Notes: generated from the letters alone by a model not told the origin. 64,000 nt of DNA from Coriobacteriaceae bacterium (GCA_025993015.1 DAJPFV010000001.1:1608668-1672667), one strand, 5' to 3'. Shown: positions 28,666 through 39,267, numbered from the stretch's first letter. Program-made: numbers and translations.

Positions 28666-30578
28666 AGGGCAGGGACTTTCGGCTCATCGTCGAGCTGCGG
28701 AATGGTGCCTACCACGTTATCCGCCAGCCAATTCATCTCGACAATCTGCGTGCTCGGCAGCGGAGGGAAGCCTTCGATCTGTACCACGCCGTTCTGACTG
28801 TGGAGCTCGCCGCCAAAGGGGTTGATGGATCCCTCGACAATGCCGTTGCGGAGCAACTGCACGAGTTTGCGCGTCTGGTAGGGTAGGCCCGGAGCGTAAC
28901 GGATGTCGATAACGCCGGAGCTCATGCCGTACCAGTAGTTGACGGCGCGCACTTGGTTGTCATCGCTGGTCTCGTCCCACGTGCCGTGCAGAAGGCTGCG
29001 AACGATGAGCTCGTAGTAACGGCCCCAGTTCCATACCGGCATGGCGATGCCGGTAACCTTGCCATCGACCAGGCGGTGGAGTCCGTAGGCCGTAGGGTCT
29101 TCGAGCGACTTTGACATGTCAGCGCCGGTCATGACGCTCACGCCTTCGCGGCACATGGCCTCGGCGAGACCGCCGGCGGGCACATCGCCCCAGGTGAGGA
29201 TAATTTGCGCGCGGGGGTCGAGCAGCGAGGCACCGATGGCAAAGGCATTGATCTCGCTGAGCGCGCCGGATGCGAAGACCGACGCGTGGTAGCCGATGCG
29301 ATGGTTGTCCGCCATGCTGGCGGCAAGGGCGCCCAGGAGGAACTTGGCCTCGTACATCTTGCCAAAGTACGAACGGACGCTTTGGTGGGGAAGGCCGATA
29401 GAGCAGTTAAGGAACCGAACCTGGGGATACTCAACGGCAGCTCTGAGCGTGTATTCCATCAGGCGGTGCGAGGTCGAGAAGATGACGTTGTCTCCATGTT
29501 TGACAGCCGTTTCCACGGCGGCGTAGAACACGTCCGGATCGTGACAGTCTTCGAACGCCTCGGTGCGCACGATACCGTCAAAGTGCTCATCGAGATACTG
29601 ACGTCCTTGGTCGTGCAGACTGTCCCAGCTCGACGCCGCACAGGGGAACTCATGGATAAAGGCGATACGCAGGGGGTTGGCCGCCGAATAGACAGTCTTG
29701 CCCATAAAGAAGTTGAGCATGCCGGAGGTGGACTTGGCGGGCGACTCCTCCTCATCGACGCTCGGCGCTTCGACAAGATCGACCTTGTCCTCGTCGTTTT
29801 TGCCGGCAATGACCAGCTCGCGCCAAATCTTGCACAGGCGGTTTACGACGATATCCGTCGGCGTATCCAGCAGGCGGTCCTGGTTGTACACATTGAGGTA
29901 GACGAGCATGGCGTCGGCGGGCGTAATGTCCAGGTGGTCGCCGCCTGCGCGAAGGTAGGCGCGCTTAAAGAGCAGGAAGGTGTGGCGCAGGTAGTCGACC
30001 TTTTTCTGCGGCCATTTTTCGATAAGGTTCCGACCGAGCATCTTGGCGAGCGTCTCGTAGCTCCCCTCACGCGAGAACTCGATTTCGTATAGGGGGCAGA
30101 CGCGCCAAAACGCGCAGAATTCACCGTACAGGCGGCTTTCGACGGAATCCCATGTGCCGGGGTAGAGACGGGTGACCCTGGCCGAAACCGTTGGAGCGTC
30201 CAGGAATTTGAGGACACTGACGCGTTTGTTGCCTTCCTGGACATAGAACCGATGCATGAACTCGGTGACGATGATGGGATCGCGATAGCCTTCGGTTACC
30301 TGGATGTCGTAGAGGTTGGACCACTTGCGGGCGAACTCAGTGTTAAACGGCAGCAGGGGCATAAAGTTGCATGAAAAGGCGGACTGACGGCCTTTGGTGA
30401 CTGTGCCGACGACCATTTCGAGCGGAATATCCCTTAGGCCGACATTCTCTCGCTGACCTAAGGGGAGCTGGGCAACGAGGCTGTCGAGGTCCGTAAGGTA
30501 CGGGTGCTCGCTTTGGCTGATGGCGCGACGGCGTCCCTGCTCGCCGCGCTTGCGTGCTTGACGATAGGCCTCTTCCAT
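28662..30578 (-). CDS. Cytoplasmic BMP-family (PnrA/Med-like) domain protein with an N-terminal ParB/Srx-like domain
   Basis: 638 aa with no signal peptide. The N-terminus has IIVTEFMHRFYVQEGNKRVSVLKF (ParB/sulfiredoxin-type motif). The C-terminal half has BMP-family features (RIAFIHEF..., WNWGRYYE). ATGA overlap with the phosphoesterase gene. Confidence 0.6.
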   Translation of the reverse strand: MEEAYRQARKRGEQGRRRAISQSEHPYLTDLDSLVAQLPLGQRENVGLRDIPLEMVVGTVTKGRQSAFSCNFMPLLPFNTEFARKWSNLYDIQVTEGYRDPIIVTEFMHRFYVQEGNKRVSVLKFLDAPTVSARVTRLYPGTWDSVESRLYGEFCAFWRVCPLYEIEFSREGSYETLAKMLGRNLIEKWPQKKVDYLRHTFLLFKRAYLRAGGDHLDITPADAMLVYLNVYNQDRLLDTPTDIVVNRLCKIWRELVIAGKNDEDKVDLVEAPSVDEEESPAKSTSGMLNFFMGKTVYSAANPLRIAFIHEFPCAASSWDSLHDQGRQYLDEHFDGIVRTEAFEDCHDPDVFYAAVETAVKHGDNVIFSTSHRLMEYTLRAAVEYPQVRFLNCSIGLPHQSVRSYFGKMYEAKFLLGALAASMADNHRIGYHASVFASGALSEINAFAIGASLLDPRAQIILTWGDVPAGGLAEAMCREGVSVMTGADMSKSLEDPTAYGLHRLVDGKVTGIAMPVWNWGRYYELIVRSLLHGTWDETSDDNQVRAVNYWYGMSSGVIDIRYAPGLPYQTRKLVQLLRNGIVEGSINPFGGELHSQNGVVQIEGFPPLPSTQIVEMNWLADNVVGTIPQLDDEPKVPAL

Positions 30579-30669
30579 GATGTTGCTCCCTTAGTCGTTT
30601 AAACAACTATATGAACCATGGTACCACGAATGAAAACCACCACAAAGGTGCCTGTCCCTTTTTGGCGGG

Positions 30670-31437
30670 TTAGGCGATGATGGGGGCGATGGCACGGATG
30701 CAGGCGTCGGCTGCCGTGAAAGTAGTGCTGTCGTCGCTGACGATAAAGATGATCTTTCCTTTGATGCCAAAGTCGCCGATTTCGCTAAAGAGTACGTAGG
30801 GCTCCTTGTCAAAGCCCGAGATGGGAAGCACGGCGGCCTTGGTGGCGCTGGTCAGGTCGTCTGCCAGCACGTCAAGGGAAGCCCACTTGGACGTGTCCTT
30901 TACGGCAACGGGCACGGCCACGCGCCCAAAGGGCATCAAATGCACGAGTGTGTTCTTGGAAATGTTGGAGTTGGGCACAATGATGGTCTGTCCACAGGCA
31001 TCCTCAATCGTTGTATGGCGCCAAGTGATGTCTTGGACCACGCCGGATACGCCGCCGACCTCGATATTGTCGCCGGGCTTGATGATGCCCATAAAGGTCA
31101 CCTGCATGCCGCCGATAAGGTTTGACAGCGTGTCCTGAAAGCCGAGCGAAATGGCGATGCCGCCGACGCCAAGAGCGGCAACGAGGGCGTTTGCGTTAAT
31201 GCCAAAGCAGTTGTCGAGGATAAAGCTGCCGCCGATCATCCAGATGACGGCGCGCGCGATGTTGATGAAGATACTCGATGCCGGAAGCGGGTTATCGTCT
31301 CGGTTAAGCAGATGGTTCAGGGTCTTGGATACGACCTTGGCGGCGACGGCGGTGCCTATCGCCAAGATGACGGCCCAGATGATGTTGTGGACCCACCGTT
31401 GCTCAAAGAAATGAAGAATCGGCTCAAACAATTCCAT
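30670..31437 (-). CDS. Small-conductance mechanosensitive channel (MscS family)
   Basis: GDNIEVGGVSGVVQDITWRHTTIEDACGQTIIVPNSNISKNTLVH beta-domain motif. I chose the start at 31437 (MELFEP...) because aggagg lies 9 nt upstream. Confidence 0.85.
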   Translation of the reverse strand: MELFEPILHFFEQRWVHNIIWAVILAIGTAVAAKVVSKTLNHLLNRDDNPLPASSIFINIARAVIWMIGGSFILDNCFGINANALVAALGVGGIAISLGFQDTLSNLIGGMQVTFMGIIKPGDNIEVGGVSGVVQDITWRHTTIEDACGQTIIVPNSNISKNTLVHLMPFGRVAVPVAVKDTSKWASLDVLADDLTSATKAAVLPISGFDKEPYVLFSEIGDFGIKGKIIFIVSDDSTTFTAADACIRAIAPIIA

Positions 31438-31565
31438 GTAGGGAAACCTCCTCATGATCATCCAACCATGATACCCACCAAGAAGCCCGTCCGATCAAAT
31501 TCGTACGGGCTTCTGTGCTCGATATAAGGTTTATGCGGCGGGGCTGCAAGGCCCGGCGGTGTAGC

Positions 31566-33593
31566 TTAGCGTCGACGCTTCCAGATAATGCCGAGAATGA
31601 TGACGATGATGCCGCCGATAAGGCACGTGCCAACTACTGCCAGCGTGCGGTCTCCCGTTGCGGCGAGCTTGCCGGTCGTCTTCTTGGTGATGACCTTCGT
31701 GGTCGTCGCGTCCGTCTTAGGCGAGGGCTCAGGCGTCGGGGCCGGTGTGGGCGTGGGGTCCACGGCAGCGGAGCCAAAGCTGATGGTGCCGGCGAGTCCG
31801 GCCATCTTGCTCTCCCAGCCGTTTTGCCCAATCAGCGCCCTCAGCGCCGCCTCACACGTGCCCCACTCGGTGCGCTTGGTGGCGTGTGCGAAGGTGGGGA
31901 AGTCGGTCGTGTTGGTAATGATGTAGTTGTTGGTGGCGACGGTATAGGTCTTGGTGGGATCGAGCGTGCTGCCGTCCTTGGCGAGTGTGGCACTCACAAT
32001 GCGCTTGCCTTCGGGCTGCGTCCAATCAATCGTCACGTTGATGCCGCCAAAGGAGAGAACGCTGCCAGAGTCATCGCGCCACTTGTACTTGTCTTGCGCT
32101 TCCTGCTCGGTATGGCCGGCTGCCACGTAGGCTTGCTGAAGCTCATAACTGTGATTGCACTCGTCGCTGATCTGCAGCGAATGCTCGAGCGCTGCGAGGA
32201 AGTCCGCACCGGTCATGGTCCAGGTCTCCACGGTGTTGCCGTAGGGCGAGATAGCGATGACGTTGCCTGCGGTCACATCGCCTGCAGCGATGCCGCCGCG
32301 GATGCCACCCGCGTTCTCGATGGCAAGGTCTGCGCCCGTCAGGTCAAGATAGGAGCCGCAGATCACATGGCCGATGGTCTGGGCCTTGGTGGTGTCGCCC
32401 TCCTTGCTGGGGCGGAAATCGGTGGTGCGCACCATTTCCCAACCATGCGTGCCTGCGGCGTCCTCGCCGTAGAAATAGTTGGTGGTGGATGTGCCGAGCA
32501 CCTTGTTCGATTCGTTTTCAAAGGCCTCGTCGAGCGGCTTGATCTTGTTGCGGACGGCTTCAAGGCGGCTTTGGTAGTCGGAGCCCTTGTCGGGGTCTGC
32601 CAAAAGGTCGTTGACGTTCTTGGCGGTGTAGAGCTTCTCGTCACTGCCGTCTGCAGGGACCGTGACCGTGTCATCGTCGGTCGTCTCGGTGCCATTCGTG
32701 TCGTACTTGTACGGAATGGAAAGCAGCCCCACCTCGGCAAAGGCGCTGCCCGCTTCGACGACGCGGACCGACTTGCCGTCAGCCCCCGTCACGTTTTCGT
32801 CTAAGTTGATGTGCTCGTGGCGCGCGACCAGTGCATCGACCCCAACGAGCTTTGCAGCAAAGGTCTTGGCGTTGAGCGTGTGCGCGATACAGACGACAAC
32901 GTTGCAGCCCTCTGTCTCGCGCAGTCGCTTGGCCTCGGCATTGATGGCGTTCGCGGCACTCGAGAAGCTGGTGCCCGCGACCAGGTCCGCGCGCAGCGAG
33001 GAACCTAGCGACTCATCCATGGCTCCGACGCCGCCGACCTTGATTTTGTAGTCGAATGTGGAGTGATCCTCGCTATCCTCCCAGGTGCGATCGAGCGTCT
33101 TCGTGATGCTCGAGCTCCATGCGCCGTTCGAGGACGTTGCATTCGCGCAGAGCATGGCGAAGGGCGTGCCGGTGGTGCTGTAGCCGGTCATGGTGCGGAG
33201 TTTGTCCGCGCCGTAGCTCCAGTCGTGGTTGCCTGGCGTGGTTGCGTCGTAGCCGTCGGCGTAGAAGGTGTCCATGAGCTCGGCGATGCTCTTGCCCTCG
33301 CTCATGGTGGCGAAGGACTGTCCGTGGAAGGTGTCGCCCGCATCGAGTAAAAGATCGGGGGCGCTGCTTTGGGCGCTATAGAGAACCGCCAGTCCGTCAA
33401 AGCCCACAGTGCCGGTGCCCTTGCTTGCGTTGTAGCTGTACTTGTAGCTGCCGTGGATATCGTTGGTGTGCATGACGGCCACGGAGCCGTCAATAGCGGC
33501 GGGCAGGTTTCCCGCGAAAGCGAGGCTTGGGATGCCTGCGAGCGCGCCGGCAAACAACGCGGCGGCCAACGCAAAGCGGGGGAGTCTTTTCAT
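31566..33593 (-). CDS. Cell-wall-anchored bifunctional metallophosphatase/5'-nucleotidase (LAXTG sorting signal)
   Basis: Signal peptide MKRLPRFALAAALFAGALAG. HTNDIHG and GNHDW metallophosphatase motifs. 5'-nucleotidase C-domain. C-terminal KLAATG plus hydrophobic helix plus KRRR. Confidence 0.85.
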   Translation of the reverse strand: MKRLPRFALAAALFAGALAGIPSLAFAGNLPAAIDGSVAVMHTNDIHGSYKYSYNASKGTGTVGFDGLAVLYSAQSSAPDLLLDAGDTFHGQSFATMSEGKSIAELMDTFYADGYDATTPGNHDWSYGADKLRTMTGYSTTGTPFAMLCANATSSNGAWSSSITKTLDRTWEDSEDHSTFDYKIKVGGVGAMDESLGSSLRADLVAGTSFSSAANAINAEAKRLRETEGCNVVVCIAHTLNAKTFAAKLVGVDALVARHEHINLDENVTGADGKSVRVVEAGSAFAEVGLLSIPYKYDTNGTETTDDDTVTVPADGSDEKLYTAKNVNDLLADPDKGSDYQSRLEAVRNKIKPLDEAFENESNKVLGTSTTNYFYGEDAAGTHGWEMVRTTDFRPSKEGDTTKAQTIGHVICGSYLDLTGADLAIENAGGIRGGIAAGDVTAGNVIAISPYGNTVETWTMTGADFLAALEHSLQISDECNHSYELQQAYVAAGHTEQEAQDKYKWRDDSGSVLSFGGINVTIDWTQPEGKRIVSATLAKDGSTLDPTKTYTVATNNYIITNTTDFPTFAHATKRTEWGTCEAALRALIGQNGWESKMAGLAGTISFGSAAVDPTPTPAPTPEPSPKTDATTTKVITKKTTGKLAATGDRTLAVVGTCLIGGIIVIILGIIWKRRR

Positions 33594-33656
33594 GGCAGTT
33601 TCCTTAGTCCTTAGCCAGAATGTCTGGTTGAATATCGGATTATCGACATAATATGC

Positions 33657-33697
33657 GAAAACCGCCGCAAGGGCCTCTGTCCCTTTGCGGCGGTTTT
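33657..33697 (-). terminator. Hairpin terminator between the ABC operon and the 5'-nucleotidase gene
   Basis: aaaaccgccgcaaggg / ccctttgcggcggtttt. Confidence 0.55.
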
Positions 33698-33751
33698 GGC
33701 GTTTGCGCAGATAAAACCTACCAAAATAAACCTGTCCCTTTTTGGCAGGTT

Positions 33752-34555
33752 TTAGCTCAGCAGCATGCGGTCGTTGGCGAGCTCGCCGCCCGAGACCTCC
33801 TCGAACTTCTGCAGTAGGTCGGCGACGGTAAGCGACTTCTTTTCATCGCCCGCCACGTCGTAGATCACGTGGCCCTCGTGCATCATGATCAGACGGTTGC
33901 CCAGACGGATGGCGTCGTTCATGTTGTGCGTGACCATGAGCGTGGTCAGGTGGTTCTCGTCGACAATCTCCTCGGTCAGGTTGAGCACCTTAGAGGCCGT
34001 CTTGGGGTCGAGGGCCGCGGTGTGCTCGTCGAGCAGCAGCAGGCGCGGCCTGGTGAGCGTGGCCATCAGCAGGGTGAGTGCCTGGCGCTGGCCGCCCGAG
34101 AGCAGGCCGACCTTGGCGTTGAGACGCGTGTCCAGACCAAGGTCCAGGCGCTTGAGCAGCTCAACGTACTCATCTTTCTCGGCCTTGGTGACGCCCCACG
34201 AAAGGCCGCGACGCTGGCCGCGACGCTTGGCGAGGGCCAGGTTCTCGGCGATCTGCATGTCGGCAGCGGTACCGCGCATGGGGTCCTGAAACACGCGGCC
34301 CAGGTACTTGGCGCGCTGCGACTCGCTCAGGCGCGAGATGTCGGTGCCGTCGAGCTCAATAACGCCCGAATCGAGCGGGTACACGCCGGCGATCATGTTG
34401 AGCAGCGTGGACTTGCCGGCGCCGTTGCCGCCGATCACGGTTACAAAGTCGCCGTCATTCAGGGTGAGGTCGACGCCGGTGAGCGCGCGCTTCTCGGTGA
34501 CGGTGCCCTTGTTAAAGGTCTTCTTGACGTGCGAGAGCTTAAGCATCTGCCTCAT
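33752..34555 (-). CDS. ABC transporter ATP-binding protein (COG1101-type, partner of PF04392 binding proteins)
   Basis: GGNGAGKSTLLN Walker A, LSGGQRQ signature, LLLLDEHTAALD Walker B. Confidence 0.9.
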   Translation of the reverse strand: MRQMLKLSHVKKTFNKGTVTEKRALTGVDLTLNDGDFVTVIGGNGAGKSTLLNMIAGVYPLDSGVIELDGTDISRLSESQRAKYLGRVFQDPMRGTAADMQIAENLALAKRRGQRRGLSWGVTKAEKDEYVELLKRLDLGLDTRLNAKVGLLSGGQRQALTLLMATLTRPRLLLLDEHTAALDPKTASKVLNLTEEIVDENHLTTLMVTHNMNDAIRLGNRLIMMHEGHVIYDVAGDEKKSLTVADLLQKFEEVSGGELANDRMLLS

Positions 34556-35462
34556 CCCCCTTCGTGTAGGAGCTGCGGAGCTTATAGCGCTCCCAAACCA
34601 CGGGTACGCACAGGGCCACGGCGACGATCACGGCGGAGAGCAACTTCATGTCGTTGGCGTCCATGCCCAATTGCAGCACGATGGCGCGGATAAGGAAGTA
34701 GACCACGGAGCCAAAGACGGCGGAGGCAAGACGGACGCTAAACTGCGTGAGGCCACCGGGCAGCAGGCGACCGAGCACCTCGCCGATGACGATGGCTGCA
34801 AGACCGATAACGATGGCGCCGGTGCCCATACCAATGTCGGCGTACTTCTGGCTCTGGCAGATGAGTGCACCCGAAAGGCCAATGAGGGCGTTGGAGAGCA
34901 CGAGGGCGATCATTTTGGTGGTGTTGGTGTTAACGCCCAGGGCGCGGATCATGTACTCGTTGTTGCCGGTGGCACGCAACGCCGAGCCGATCTCGGTGCC
35001 AAAGAACCAGTACAGGATGGCGACGATGGCCACGGCCAGCACAATGCCTAGGATAATGGCAACAGTGGACTGCGGCAGGCCCGTCATGTTGCTGACGGAT
35101 GAGAAGATAGTGCCCTTGGCAAGGATGGGCGTGTTGGACTTGCCCATGATGCGCAGGTTGATGGACCACAGACTGATCTGCGTAAGGATTCCGGCGAGGA
35201 TTGCGGGAATCTCAAAGACGGTGGTCAAGATGCCCGTGACGGCGCCCGCGATGGCGCCGGCGCACATGCCGGCCAGCACGGCGAGCAAGGGGTCGACGTT
35301 ATTGTTGACGATGAGTACGGCGCAGACACAGCCGCCGAGGGCAAAGCTGCCGTCGCAGGTCATATCGGGGATGTCGAGCAGGCGGAACGTGATAAACACG
35401 CCAAGCACCATAATGCCCCAGAGGACGCCCTGCGAAACGGCGCCCTGCAATGCAATGAGCAT
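34539..35462 (-). CDS. ABC transporter permease (COG4120-type)
   Basis: 307 aa polytopic membrane protein that overlaps the ATPase gene by 17 nt. Confidence 0.85.
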   Translation of the reverse strand: MLIALQGAVSQGVLWGIMVLGVFITFRLLDIPDMTCDGSFALGGCVCAVLIVNNNVDPLLAVLAGMCAGAIAGAVTGILTTVFEIPAILAGILTQISLWSINLRIMGKSNTPILAKGTIFSSVSNMTGLPQSTVAIILGIVLAVAIVAILYWFFGTEIGSALRATGNNEYMIRALGVNTNTTKMIALVLSNALIGLSGALICQSQKYADIGMGTGAIVIGLAAIVIGEVLGRLLPGGLTQFSVRLASAVFGSVVYFLIRAIVLQLGMDANDMKLLSAVIVAVALCVPVVWERYKLRSSYTKGDEADA

Positions 35463-35666
35463 GCTTCATACCTCCTAGGATAGGGTGGACACGTGATTTT
35501 CCATAATAGCGGTACCAATGCATAAAAGAGCTGCGGACGGATGTTTTGTCTCATCCGAAACAAGCAGGGCGAACGCCGGTCTTTAGCGTTCGCCCCAAGG
35601 ACTCAGATATTGAATAACGCGGCTGTGGCGCGCGTGCGGGCCCTAGACGCGTTACCGCGCATGGCG

Positions 35667-36647
35667 CTACTCGTCCAGAGCGGAAAGGTCGATACCCAGG
35701 GCCTCGGCCATCTCGTCGTTCTTGACGACGACCAGGTCCTTGCTCGAGAGGTGCTTGATCGGCATATCCTCGGGCTTGGCCTCGCCCTTCAGGATCTTAA
35801 CGGCCATCTCGCCCGCGGCGTAGCCCAGGTCCTTATAGTTGATGGAGAGGGTGAACAGGCCGCCGGCCATGCACATACCCTCCTCGCCGGTCACGAAGGG
35901 GAGCTTATTCTCCTTGCAGATCTGGCCGACCTGCGAAGCGCCCGCGGCGATGGTGTTGTCAGTGGGGGAGTACAGCGCGTCGACCTTGCCCACGGCAGAC
36001 TCGACGACGGACTGAATCTCGTTGGAGCTCGAGACGGTGAAGTCAGTGTACTCGAGGCCCAGCTTGTCGAGCTCCTTCTTGGCGGCCTTGATCTGGACGT
36101 CGGAGTTGGACTCGGCGGTGCAGTAGAGCAGGCCGACCTTTTTAACGTCGGGCAGGACCTTCTGCATCATCTCGAGCTGCTCGGCGACCGGGGTGAGGTC
36201 GGAAGCACCCGTGACGTTGGTGCCGGGCTTGTCGTTGTCCTGGACCAGGCCGGAGGCGGCGTAGTCGGTGATGGCACAGCCCACGATGGGGATATCGGCC
36301 GTGGCGCCGGCGGCAGCCTGCGCGGCGGGCGTGGCGATGGCATAAATCAGGTTGACGTTGTCGCCCACAAACTTGTCGGCAATGGACTTACACGTGGACT
36401 GGTCGTTCTGGGCGTTCTTCTGGTCGATCTTGACCTTAAGGCCGCTCTTCTTGATGGCCTTGACGAAGCCGTCGTTGGCGGCATCGAGCGCGGAGTGCTC
36501 GGTGAGCTGCAGAACGCCGATGGTGTAGTCGGAACCGGCGGCAGCAGAGCCGGAACCAGAGTTGCCGCCGCATCCGGCGAGCGGGGCGAGCGCGAGCAGG
36601 CCGGCGGAGACCAGAAGGCTCCTGCGGCTGATGGTGATGTCCTTCAT
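35667..36647 (-). CDS. ABC transporter substrate-binding lipoprotein (ABC_sub_bind / COG2984-type)
   Basis: MKDITISRRSLLVSAGLLALAPLAGCGG (Tat-like signal plus lipobox), then YTIGVLQLTEHSALD... typical of PF04392. Confidence 0.85.
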   Translation of the reverse strand: MKDITISRRSLLVSAGLLALAPLAGCGGNSGSGSAAAGSDYTIGVLQLTEHSALDAANDGFVKAIKKSGLKVKIDQKNAQNDQSTCKSIADKFVGDNVNLIYAIATPAAQAAAGATADIPIVGCAITDYAASGLVQDNDKPGTNVTGASDLTPVAEQLEMMQKVLPDVKKVGLLYCTAESNSDVQIKAAKKELDKLGLEYTDFTVSSSNEIQSVVESAVGKVDALYSPTDNTIAAGASQVGQICKENKLPFVTGEEGMCMAGGLFTLSINYKDLGYAAGEMAVKILKGEAKPEDMPIKHLSSKDLVVVKNDEMAEALGIDLSALDE

Positions 36648-36807
36648 ATCATTACCCCCAGTATAAAAATGGCTGGAAACACTGCACTGGGACAAAGTGC
36701 AAGTGGGACTATAGTAGCGCTGATGTCCATTTTTACAACAGCCTGGCGGGTTTTTTAATACAGAATCGGATGGGCGGTACGGGTAGTCGAATGGGCGGCG
36801 GAGGGTC

Positions 36808-37602
36808 TTATGCGGCGGAGGAGGCGTCGTCCTCGTCCAGGGCGGCGAAGAGCTTCTTGCCGTCGAGCAGGCGCGTGCTGACGTTTCTCATTCGGCCAAT
36901 CTCTACAGTACGCAACGTGTCATCGGCGCCTCGGGCGTCGTAGACCGTTCCCAGCAAATACGAGATGCCATCGCGCTGCCTGATGGCAAAGGGACGGAGT
37001 GTCATCCGTGCTGCTTCGGTTTCGCCGCGTGTCGTGACGCTCGAAATATCAAAACTCACCGTGGTTCCGTGGTCGATGGCCTGCTCGACGAGCTCGCACG
37101 TGTCGATGCGCTTGATGGGCGTGCGTGTTGCCTTGGTAGCCTTGCTGCCTGCGCTTGGAGCGGGTTCGGGTGTATCGAGGTAGCCGCGAACGTCGGCGCT
37201 CGCCATGGCAACTAAGTGCTGCGCCATGCTCTTGCGGATAGCGATAGGCGTGGAGCGGTTGCGCATGACCATACCGTGGAGCCGGATGATCTCTTCATCG
37301 GTGAGCGGGCGGGTAAGAAGTTTGTAGCCCACGCCGCGTTTGTATTCAATTTCGTATCCGGCATGGCGAAGCGCGGAGATGGCGGTGTAGATGCTGCGCC
37401 GCGCCGCCGAGATGGGCATGCGGGCGGGGTCGTCGGGATGGGCGAGGCGCCGGATCAGCTCATCGGAAAGCATGGCCTTGTCTTCGCCGGTGTTTTCGCT
37501 CAAGAGCTGCAGGATACGAACGGCGCGATAGGCTGCCATCGAGGCGGCGCCCCTCGTCGTGGTGTCGTAGGTTTCAACAGCGGCTTCGGTCATGGTGCCC
37601 AC
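36808..37602 (-). CDS. HTH plus WYL-domain transcriptional regulator
   Basis: N-terminal wHTH (YRAVRILQLLSEN...; YTAISALRHAGYEIEY). C-terminal WYL-like segment (RPFAIRQRDGISYLLGTVYD). Confidence 0.65.
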   Translation of the reverse strand: MGTMTEAAVETYDTTTRGAASMAAYRAVRILQLLSENTGEDKAMLSDELIRRLAHPDDPARMPISAARRSIYTAISALRHAGYEIEYKRGVGYKLLTRPLTDEEIIRLHGMVMRNRSTPIAIRKSMAQHLVAMASADVRGYLDTPEPAPSAGSKATKATRTPIKRIDTCELVEQAIDHGTTVSFDISSVTTRGETEAARMTLRPFAIRQRDGISYLLGTVYDARGADDTLRTVEIGRMRNVSTRLLDGKKLFAALDEDDASSAA

Positions 37603-37851
37603 GTCCTTTCCGTTTTGGGTGGCGACGGTATGGAGCCTAGGACGCGGGGCTTTCCCAGGGGCGCAGGGCGCTCTGGGCGGTCGGTAGTCGTCGGCAAACG
37701 GCGGGTCGAGTTTTCAACAGCCCTGCTCAACTGACCAAAAACTTGCCAAAAGCTTGACGGATGCTGTTGAAAAAAGCGTCTCTCGACCGATGTCGAGAGA
37801 CGCTTGTGCGATGAGCGTTGGCGTGTGGCGACGCGAGCTAGCGTTCGACGA

Positions 37852-39267
37852 TTAGAAGTCGGCGTTGCCCACGGTGCGCGGGTGCGGCAGGACGTCGCGG
37901 ATGTTGCCCACGCCGGTCAGATACATGACCAAGCGCTCGAAGCCCAGACCGTAGCCGGCGTGCTTGCAGGAACCGTAGCGGCGCAGGTCAAGGTAGTACT
38001 TGTACTGCTCGGGATTCATACCCAGGTCCTTGATGCGGGCCTCGAGCAGATCCAGGCGCTCCTCGCGCTGGGAGCCACCGATGATCTCGCCGATGCCCGG
38101 CACCAGGCAGTCGGCGGCGGCGACGGTCTTGCCGTCCTCGTTCATGCGCATGTAGAACGCCTTGATCTCGGCCGGGTAGTCGGTCACGAAGGTCGGGCGC
38201 TTAAAGTGCTCCTCGGTCAGGAAACGCTCGTGCTCGGTTTGCAGGTCGATGCCCCAGCTCACGGGATAGTCAAACTTGTGACCGGCGGCGACGGCCTGCT
38301 CCAGGATCTCGACGGCCTCGGTGTAGGTAACGCGGGCAAAGTCGGAGTTGGCGACATGGTCCAGGCGCTCGAGCAGACCCTTGTCCACAAACTTGTTGAG
38401 CATATTGAGCTCGTCGGGGCAGGTTGCCATGACGTCCTTAAGGACGTACTTGAGCATGGCCTCGGCGTTATCCATGTAGTCGTTAAGGTCGGCAAAGGCC
38501 ATCTCGGGCTCGATCATCCAAAACTCGGCGGCGTGGCGCGTGGTGTTGGAGTTCTCGGCACGGAAGGTGGGGCCAAAGGTGTACACGTCGCCAAAGGCCA
38601 TGGCAAAGTTCTCGGCATTGAGCTGGCCGGACACGGTGAGGCTTGCATGCTTGCCAAAGAAGTCCTGGCTCCAGTCGACCTCGCCGGACTCGGTGAGGGG
38701 CGGATTTTTGGGGTCGAGCGTGGTCACGCGGAACATCTCGCCGGCGCCCTCGCAGTCACTCGTGGTGATGATGGGGGTGTTGACGTAGACAAAGCCCTGC
38801 TCCTGGAAGAAGCGGTGGATGGCGGCAGCCGCGACAGAGCGGATGCGGAACACGGCGCGGAACAGGTTGGTGCGCGGACGCAGGTGCTGCTGGGTGCGCA
38901 GGAACTCGACGGTTGCGCGCTTCTTCTGCAGCGGGTAATCCGGGGCGCTGACGCCCTCGACCTCGATGGAGGTGGCAGAAAGCTCGAAAGGCTGGGGCGC
39001 ATCGGGGGTCAGCTTGACGGTGCCGGTGCAAATGAGTGCGGCCGAGACGTTTTGATGGGCGATCTCGTCGTAGTTGTCGAGTGCCTCGCGGTTCATGACG
39101 ACCTGCAGGTCGCGGAAGCAGCTGCCGTCGTTGAGCGTAACAAAGCCAAAGTTCTTCATGTCGCGGACGGACTTGACCCAGCCGGCGACGGTGACGGTCT
39201 GGCCGCCGAGCGACTCGGCATCGGCATAGAGCTGCGCGATTTTGGTGCGGTTCACGTATCCTCCCAT
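37852..39267 (-). CDS. asnS: Asparagine--tRNA ligase
   Basis: OB-fold N-terminus ([25 protein letters not shown]), class II motifs ([28 protein letters not shown]). The start at 39267 or 39291 is uncertain. Confidence 0.9.
   Translation of the reverse strand: MGGYVNRTKIAQLYADAESLGGQTVTVAGWVKSVRDMKNFGFVTLNDGSCFRDLQVVMNREALDNYDEIAHQNVSAALICTGTVKLTPDAPQPFELSATSIEVEGVSAPDYPLQKKRATVEFLRTQQHLRPRTNLFRAVFRIRSVAAAAIHRFFQEQGFVYVNTPIITTSDCEGAGEMFRVTTLDPKNPPLTESGEVDWSQDFFGKHASLTVSGQLNAENFAMAFGDVYTFGPTFRAENSNTTRHAAEFWMIEPEMAFADLNDYMDNAEAMLKYVLKDVMATCPDELNMLNKFVDKGLLERLDHVANSDFARVTYTEAVEILEQAVAAGHKFDYPVSWGIDLQTEHERFLTEEHFKRPTFVTDYPAEIKAFYMRMNEDGKTVAAADCLVPGIGEIIGGSQREERLDLLEARIKDLGMNPEQYKYYLDLRRYGSCKHAGYGLGFERLVMYLTGVGNIRDVLPHPRTVGNADF

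Noticed and set aside
30652-33745. Recurrent CTGTCCCTTT(TT)GG motif at about 30652, 33677 and 33732. A related GGGGACAGTGTCCCC is at 27931, outside this interval.
   Set aside because: All occurrences lie in loops or stems of hairpins just beyond minus-strand gene ends. This most likely reflects a shared terminator style rather than a distinct element, and there are too few copies to call a family.
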